This document shows, one piece after another, positions 56,126-64,000 of a stretch of DNA of 64,000 nt (the first letter of the stretch is position 1; each line of letters opens with the position of its first letter). Source of the stretch: the human T2T-CHM13v2.0 reference genome, Homo sapiens; the NCBI RefSeq assembly GCF_009914755.1, contig NC_060926.1; one strand, written 5' to 3'. A model generated the notes under the pieces. The model ran no database searches, was not told the origin of the DNA, and saw nothing but the letters and a program-made list of their open reading frames with translations. A program made the translations under genes and the position numbers.

Positions 56126-56395
56126 GGAAGGCAATGAGCACTTTCTGACACAGAGGATTCACAGAGCTGAAAGCAGGCAAACCAGAAACAAAGCCAAACC
56201 TCACCTATGCAGACCTGGCTACCAGAAGGGAGAAGACAAAGCAAAATACCTAGAATAGGGGCTGCTGTTGAAATTAAGGAGTCGACAAAGTCAGCAACGA
56301 CTTTAACAATAACAACAAAAAGTAATAGGGGCAATTAAAGGAATTCAGTTAGATAAAGACGGGCTTTTCAGAGCTAAGACACATGATCTTTTAAA

Positions 56396-56720
56396 GCAGG
56401 GGTCCCCAACCCAGTACCAGTCTGTGGCCTATTAGGAACCTGGCCACACCTCAGGAGGTGAGTGGCTGGCGAGTGAGCATTACCACCTGAGCTCCGCCTC
56501 CTGTCAGATCACGGGTGGCATTAGATTCTCATAGGAGTGCAAATCCTGTTGTGAACTGCACATGCGAGGGATCTAGGTTGCTCACTCCTTATGAGAATCT
56601 AACTAATGCCTGAGGATCTGAGGTTGAACAGCTTCATTCCGAAACCACCCGCTCCCCAGGTCTGTGGAAACATTGTCTTCCACAGTATTGGTTCCTGGTG
56701 CCAAAAAGGCTGGGGACTGC
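56396..56720. mobile_element. MER1B (hAT-Charlie)
   Basis: CAGGGGTCCCCAACC...GGCATTAGATTCTCATAGGAG...CCTTATGAGAATCTAA...GGTGCCAAAAAGGCTGGGGACTGC. Confidence 0.9.
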
Positions 56721-56721
56721 C

Positions 56722-57274
<553 letters not shown>

Positions 57275-59119
57275 TTAAGTTGAAGAAAAATATCAAAGCC
57301 TAGACCCATGAAAATCATAATCAAAAAGGTAAATTCCTTGAAGGTCCTGGCTAGAACATCTAACCAAAAGAAAGATTTGGATCTGCTAATGAAAAGGGCT
57401 ATCAAGTGCCAGATAGGATGAATTTCTTTGGAAATATTGAATTCTCAGAAGAAAAAAGTAAACCTTTAAAAACCAAGATCTAAGGAGAATAACTTACAAG
57501 GCAAATGGCCTTAAGTTGACACCAGGCTTCTTCTCTGCATGACTAAAAGCCTGAAGATAGTGGGTTAACATGTCTACACAGTGGAGACAAAAGGAAGACC
57601 ACCACCACCTGTCACGGCAGGGTGTTTGCTGGTGTGAGGGGATTGTGAGGGGACATTGTGCATTGGATATCTCAGGCATATACTCAAGAAGGTACACCAA
57701 TCACATCAACTCACTCTTCCACGGTCACGAGAAACCAGAAGTTGTGAAGATTGAGAGTTTAAAATAGCAATCAAAAGTAAACCTAGGAAAATCTTTAGAA
57801 ACTTCTGTTGATCATGTAAATAAAAATAAAGTGAAAAATTCCCTATTGCTTCTGAAGCATTTTACAATAATCTGATTGCAGGGCCCTCAACTAAATCAAT
57901 GGAACCATTTCTTCATATGCCAAGATAAGAATGCCAGGGAATCCCTGTGACAAACATTCAAACACAGAAATATGCCTTAATGTCTGCTGGTTAAAAGGGG
58001 CATATGGGGGAAATGCATATATAGAATTTAAAGTAGGTAGGTGATCTGAGGGGAAGGATGTAGACTCTGTTACAGGTTTGTCTGCTAGTGTCCGCCAAAG
58101 CCCTGGCCCGTGTGAAGCTGTGTGATGGGGGAAAGAAGGGAAATGTTGAGGGGCAGGGAAATGTAGGGGGTTGGTGGCAGCTCCTGAGCCTGGGGGGAGG
58201 TTTTGGAGGTCCTTCTTGGGGATTATATGTAGTCATGGTGTTGAGAAGTCATTTCTTTTAGAACTTCCGTTTTGAAAAACTAAATGAAAGGGAAATGGAG
58301 AGAAAGGGAGGTGAAGGGAAGGTAGAGGAGAAGAAAGAAGTCCAGGTTGGGAAGTCAGAATGGGCTGATTATGAATGGGACCAGGTGGCATGTTTTATGC
58401 CCACAACACTGACAGTGCTAGTTGGGGGTCTTCTGTTGCAGGGGTCCAGTTGATGGCTCATGTACAAGGTTTACATGATTATGGGACAATCATTTATCTG
58501 AAAGCCAAAGAGATGGACCTAATAACTCAAACAGAAAGGGACTACAGTTTTCCAGAGAACAAAGCAAATGACAATAAATAGATAGGTATTGGACTTGATG
58601 ATGAAAAACAGGAACAAGTTGTGCAGAAACAACAGTAACCTTTAGAAGAGCAGGGCCACAGGTGGGCTCTGCCATCTGGAAGAAATGCAGGTGAGTAGTC
58701 TGAAGAGAAAATTTTGGGCTAAATAGTCTGAGCAGTAGGTGCCTTGGCACCTGTCACCACACCTGTGCACTGAGTCCTGGTGCAGTCACAAGCTTTTACT
58801 GTGCTGCCTTACTCACATCCTCTTAGGTCAAGACCCTTTCACATGCCAGTGAGTGTTCCCTTAACCCAATAAGCCCCTCTTCCAACATACTGTTAAGCTA
58901 CAGCCATGGTTTCCTGGTAATAAAGATAAACTCTACCTAACTCTTGGTTAGCATCTTAGTCCCCGCTAGATATGGAATCCTCTCTCAAGCCAAACCTTAC
59001 CTCCCTGTGAGGCTGGACTCCACCTCTGACCATCTTTCCCAGCCTACTTTTTGCCTGAAGTGCATGTCTCCTGCAGTGCAACCATAGCTATCTGAATATC
59101 ATCCCCACTTTATTGACTT

Positions 59120-59540
59120 GTTATTTCAACAAATATGTATTGATTACCTACTAAGTTTTGGACACTCACAAGGCCAAATGCCAGGGATTTTGAGCTAGAT
59201 GAGGTAAGGTCTCTGTCCTTACCAGAAAATGAGAGAACTCATTTTCTGGTGAGAAGGAGACAGTCACATCAGGAGATAACTCAATGTAATGTGGAAAGTA
59301 GATAAAGACAGGCACATGATAGAATGTGGGAAGTACACTGAATGTGGGAAATACAATGAGAGAGACAGGCACATGGTAGAATGTGAAGATGGATTAATGG
59401 TGCTTCATCCCACTTAGGGAAGGAGAATAGATAGTGGAGAACATACTGGCCTGAGTCTTAAAAACTGGATAAGCACTTTGTATATATAACAGGGAGGAAA
59501 GGCAGGTACTCCCCTAGAGGGGACAATATGAAACAGGCAA
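59120..59540 (-). mobile_element. L2 3' region
   Basis: ATTTCAACAAATATGTATTGATTACCTACTA... antisense L2 terminus. Confidence 0.55.
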
Positions 59541-59899
59541 GGAGGGGAGCTATCACATGGTATGTATGGTGGGCTACACTTGTCTAATATTGACTGAAAG
59601 TACAACTTACAGGAACAGTACAGTGTCCGTATGCCGCCACATCCTTCCTACATTCAGGACAAACAACATTAAGTGGTCACAGCACCATTTCCTGCTGAGT
59701 CTGATTTTAGCCTCAAAATCCTTTGAAACACACAGCTCCAGGCAACCACAGCTAATTGGTCAGTATTAGCATACAAAAGGTAATTTATTTACCATAGTTT
59801 CTGTAAGCAACAGGGACTATTGAAGCTGAACTGTGACAGGGACACACATCTTTGTCTTCACTACACTGACTGCAAACTCATTGAGCCCGAATTCTGCAT

Positions 59900-60372
59900 C
59901 AGATGCCAGAGTGCTGGTTCTCGGTCCACCCTGTGCTTTCTCCAGTCTGCTCTGTATATCAGGGAACAATATTCTCCATGTCTCTTTGCCTTTGTCTTTC
60001 AGGTAGGTTTTGCCAGTGGGAGGCATGTGCCAAAAATTGGAGGCAAGGAGATGGGGGAAGCTCTCACTCTGCCTTGTGGCATTTCTGGCCAAGTCCCCTG
60101 GTGGACCCAGGATCCCCTAGGCATGCTCTCCCTCTGTGGGCTCAGCTCCCACCAGACTGGCCTGCTGCAGTTCCAGCTTCGGGTGGGTGACCACCTCATT
60201 CCTTTGTCCCTGCAGCTGCAGGAGGGATGAACCTCTGGTTGACCTTACTATCCCTGTTTGTTTGTTTAGTCTTTCAGCAATTCCACTATCTTATTCCTGA
60301 CCTGCAGAATTCAATTCCTTGTTTGAAGCACCTGGAGTGACTTTATTTTTCGGAATAAAGCCTTCACTGACT
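59900..60372 (+). mobile_element. ERVL LTR (LTR33/LTR41-like)
   Basis: CTGCTCTGTATATCAGGGA...GGTTTTGCCAGTGGGAGGCA...AAATTGGAGGCAAGGAG. Confidence 0.55.
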
Positions 60373-62654
60373 CAACTTGTGTCACTTCTACCCTGTCTGG
60401 ACTCACTTTCCTTTCCCCACTCAGTAGCAGATGGTGCCCCATCATGCTTCAACACTGAGTTTATACTGTGTATGAAGTTAGGGACCTAGTAGAGGAGAGG
60501 TGGGTTAGGGATGAGGGGGTGACAGAGAAGAGACCTCTCCAACCCTGTCTGGACATTCCAGGTAGTCGCTCTGCACAGGGCCCCAGAAGAGTGCCTCAGT
60601 ATCCCTGGCTGAAAGATTTTCTTCAGAAGAGAGGACCCTGCCACCCTCCTGCCCCCTGCTTGGGAAGTCTGAGTTCTGTGAATTAACAGGAAGAGCTAAT
60701 GAAAATTTAGAATGTACTGAGGAAAGGACTTATGAATCCCAGAATTGACCCTTATTTCACAACCTTTTGGCGAAATGAGAGAATAGTGGCACCCGTGGTA
60801 CCCATTCAGAATGGGAAGTTGTCTTATGTATCTCTCCCTCTGCACCTCCAGCCGCTTATTCCCTCAGAGTGAGAACGGTTCAGAGAAACAGGCAACAAAA
60901 AGGAATGGCCTTGATATTCCTCAAATCCACCTGAGAGTTTCTTTCCAGGTAAGCCACAGAAAGAACAGTAGCCTTCCTCTAGGATCGCTTTTCCTTCTGG
61001 GTCTCTGCAGGATTATCATTGAAAGATGGTAACTTAACAGGTTCTGAGGCCCCTCAAATTTTGTTCAGAAATATATAGAAATACGGTTTCTAAAAATATT
61101 CTCAATATACCTAACGGGATAAGGATGATGATGTCAGCTGAGTTTCATTTTAGGCAGCAGTAAGTAATTCTGCTTACCTCAGCTTTTGAGAACACATGAT
61201 TCTTACCTGTAGATTCTCTTTTGAAATGATTATTCTTCACATAAAAATAAGTTTTTTCTCATTTTAGAAAGAGCACTCTTGTTTAATTAAACCTTCCTAT
61301 TTACGCTCATTTTGTAAAATTTCTCTGGGATTTGGAGCTGGTCGTCTGTGGGAATTTAAATCCATGGGGAACAGCTTGTCAGAGTCTTGGTAACTTTATT
61401 AGTAAAGATCTTTCTCTCTTCCTTTTCCTGCTGACTAGGCATTAAGGCTTGATCTGAATCATCTGTTATTTTGAAACTGTACATAAGTACGGGGCTCTCA
61501 GATTCAGAGAAAAACATAGAGGAAGAAAACAAAAAATGACTCCTGTGGTACTATAAATAAGCAAACCTGTATTAAGTGAATAATTTTTATTTCTTTCTTG
61601 ACGAAGGAATTCAACTGATTCTCCACGTCATTTAGTGACTTAATTGTCTTAATGACTCCAGGGACTCCTGTGTGGCTCTGCCTCATATTAACTCATGGAA
61701 TCTATGTTTCTTGCTCTGTTTTTATTGGGAAAGCTGGCTGTCTTTTTGAATAAATGTAGATTGTTCTTTCTTTTATGTGGTTGTTTTATGAAGGTGTTAA
61801 AAATGCCACTCTAAAAGACGGGACTGGCAAATTGTTTAGTTAAATTGTGCGTGGCAGATGCCTATGAATTCTTCACAGCTATTATAGTTTCCCTGTAATG
61901 TGCCATCATCCTGAATAGATTACACTTTAGATATTTTCAATGTTTATCCAAAATGATGCCACAACCTTATGTGGTCCACTTGGAAACACCCCCACTCCAA
62001 GCCCCAGCAGCAGCTCATGGAGTTTGATCAAATGCTTCCATGCACACTCTGATTTTATTACCCCTTCATTTCCTTGCACCAGACAGATAGGGAATTCAAG
62101 ATGCACCTAAACAATGAGGGACATCCTTTATTCAGGTCTAAATGCTGTATTGATGTTATAGAATGACTGAATTAGCATCATTCCATTTTGTGTTTAGGGA
62201 TATTAAATGTCATTGAGAGGAAATATATTTAAGAGGCAAAACCCTAAAACTTGAGGATTAAAGAAGAAAATTTTCAACACATTGGTGTTTTCACATGAGC
62301 ATATGGAGATATAGCAATTTTAATAATGTTGCTGCTTTACTAAAAGCTTCTGTATTGAAGAATTTCTTGATTATGTAAGCAAATCTGATAACCCTCATCC
62401 CAGAGGGAAAAAACCATCATCACATATCATCAGGGCCTGGGATATTAGAGCTGACCCTACAGTCCTGGCCAAGTGTTCTGTCCTTTTTAACCACATACAT
62501 GACAAATGACGGACTGCTGTGTAATATATTCCCTTGGGCAACCCAAAACTTCCAGCCTTTGATTCACTCTGCAGTTCAAAAACTTCTACCTAAATTCAAG
62601 TGATTGAGAAGGATACAATTTTGGAATATCCTTAAGCTCGTTTTAACCCATTAT

Positions 62655-64000
62655 TTTTTAGTTTAACAAACCGCAGGGAAATTCACATAAAATTAATTAT
62701 TTAAAGTGCACAATTCAGTGGTATTTAGTACATTCACAACATTGTACAACTACCACCTATTTTAAGTTCCATAACATTTTCATTGCTGATACGGTTTGGC
62801 TCTGTGTCCCCCTGCAAATCTCATCTCGAATTGTAATCCCCACATGTCAGGGGAAGGACCCAGTAGGAGGTAATTGGATCATAGAGGTGGTTTCCCCCAA
62901 GCTGTTCTCCTGATAGTGAGGGAGTTCTCACTATCAGAGAGCTGATGAGAGAGCTGATGGTTTTAAATGTGGCACTTCCTTCCTCTATCTCTCTCTCTCC
63001 TGCCGCCTTGTGAAGAAGGTGCCTGCTTTCCCTTCACCTTCCACCATGATAGTAAGTCTCCTGAGGCCTCCCCCGCCATGAGTAACTGTGAGTCAATTAG
63101 ATCTCTTTTGTTTATAAATTACCCAGTCTCAGATAGTATCTTTATAGCAGTGTGAAAACGGACTAATGCAATCGCCCCAAAAGGAAACCCCATTAAACAG
63201 TTACTTGTTATTCTCACCTTTTCCCAAGCCTTGGCAACCATCATTCTTCTTTCAGTCTCCGTAGATTTACCTACTCTGGATATCTTATAAAAAATGAAAT
63301 CACACAATATGTGACCTCTTGTGTCTGGCTTCTTTTACTTAGTATAGTGTTTTTGAAGTTTTTGCATATTGTAAGATGTATCAGTATTTCATTTATTTTT
63401 ATAGGTGAATAACATTTCATTTATGTGTATGTCATATTTTGTTTATTCATTCATGTTTAATAGATTTAGGGTTGTTTCCACCTTTTGGCTTTTGTGAATA
63501 GTGTTACAATGAACATCCATGTACAAGTATTTTTTTAGTATCTGTTTTCATTTTCGGGAGTATTTACGTAGGAGTGGAATTGCTGGGCTATATGGTAATT
63601 CTATTATTTACTCTTTGGGAAACTGCCAGACTGTTTTCCATAGCAGTTGTACCATTTTGCATTTCCACCAGCAATGTCTGAAGGTTTCAGTTTCTTCATG
63701 TCCTCACCAACACTTGTTATTTCAATTTTTCTTTCTTCCTTTTTTTTGTTATTATAGTCATTCTAGTACGTTTGAAATGGAATCTCATTGAGGTTTTGAT
63801 TTACATTTCCCTAATGGTTAATGATGTTGAGTATCTTCTCATGTGTTTTTGGGTACTTGCGTATCATTGCAAGATGTTTGTCCAAATTCTTTGCCCATTT
63901 TCTAATTGGGATACTTCTTTTCTGCTGAGTTGTAAGAGTTCTTTATACATTCTGGATACTAGATAGACCCTTAGCAGATGTTTACAAATATTTTCTCCCA
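62655..64000 (-). mobile_element. L1MB-type 3' region split by THE1
   Basis: ACAATTCAGTGGTATTTAGTACATTCACA...GGAGTGGAATTGCTGG...TTCCACCAGCAATG; runs off the right edge. Confidence 0.85.
62787..63170 (+). mobile_element. THE1D-like solo LTR
   Basis: TGATACGGTTTGGCTCTGTGTCCCC...GGACTAATGCA; TSD ATTGC/ATCGC. Confidence 0.9.

Overview
This is primate (very probably human) intergenic or intronic DNA dominated by interspersed repeats: L1 of several ages, Alu, L2/MIR, MaLR/ERVL/ERV1 solo LTRs, and DNA transposons (HSMAR2 mariner, Tigger2, MER1B, MER20, MER119-like, and a cryptic Kanga/Tc2 transposase remnant). The only host-gene-derived sequence I can support is a full-length, frameshifted processed pseudogene of EEF1A1 on the minus strand (about 22458-24170). 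I found no intact protein-coding gene, RNA gene or CRISPR-like array, and I cannot support a new biological system. The most interesting signals are records of mutational and retrotransposition events. (i) A ~880-bp apparently retroposed 'orphan' transcript ends at a MaLR-LTR polyA signal and is inserted in a twin-primed L1. (ii) Two L1 copies each carry a locally templated insertion at nearly the same ORF2 position, which is also the region captured by a third L1's 5' inversion. (iii) The EEF1A1 retrocopy preserves an expanded 5'TOP U-tract. (iv) Several fold-back or iterative templated micro-insertions occur. Repeat subfamily names come from recalled consensus sequences and need RepeatMasker/Dfam confirmation; boundaries of old elements are approximate.
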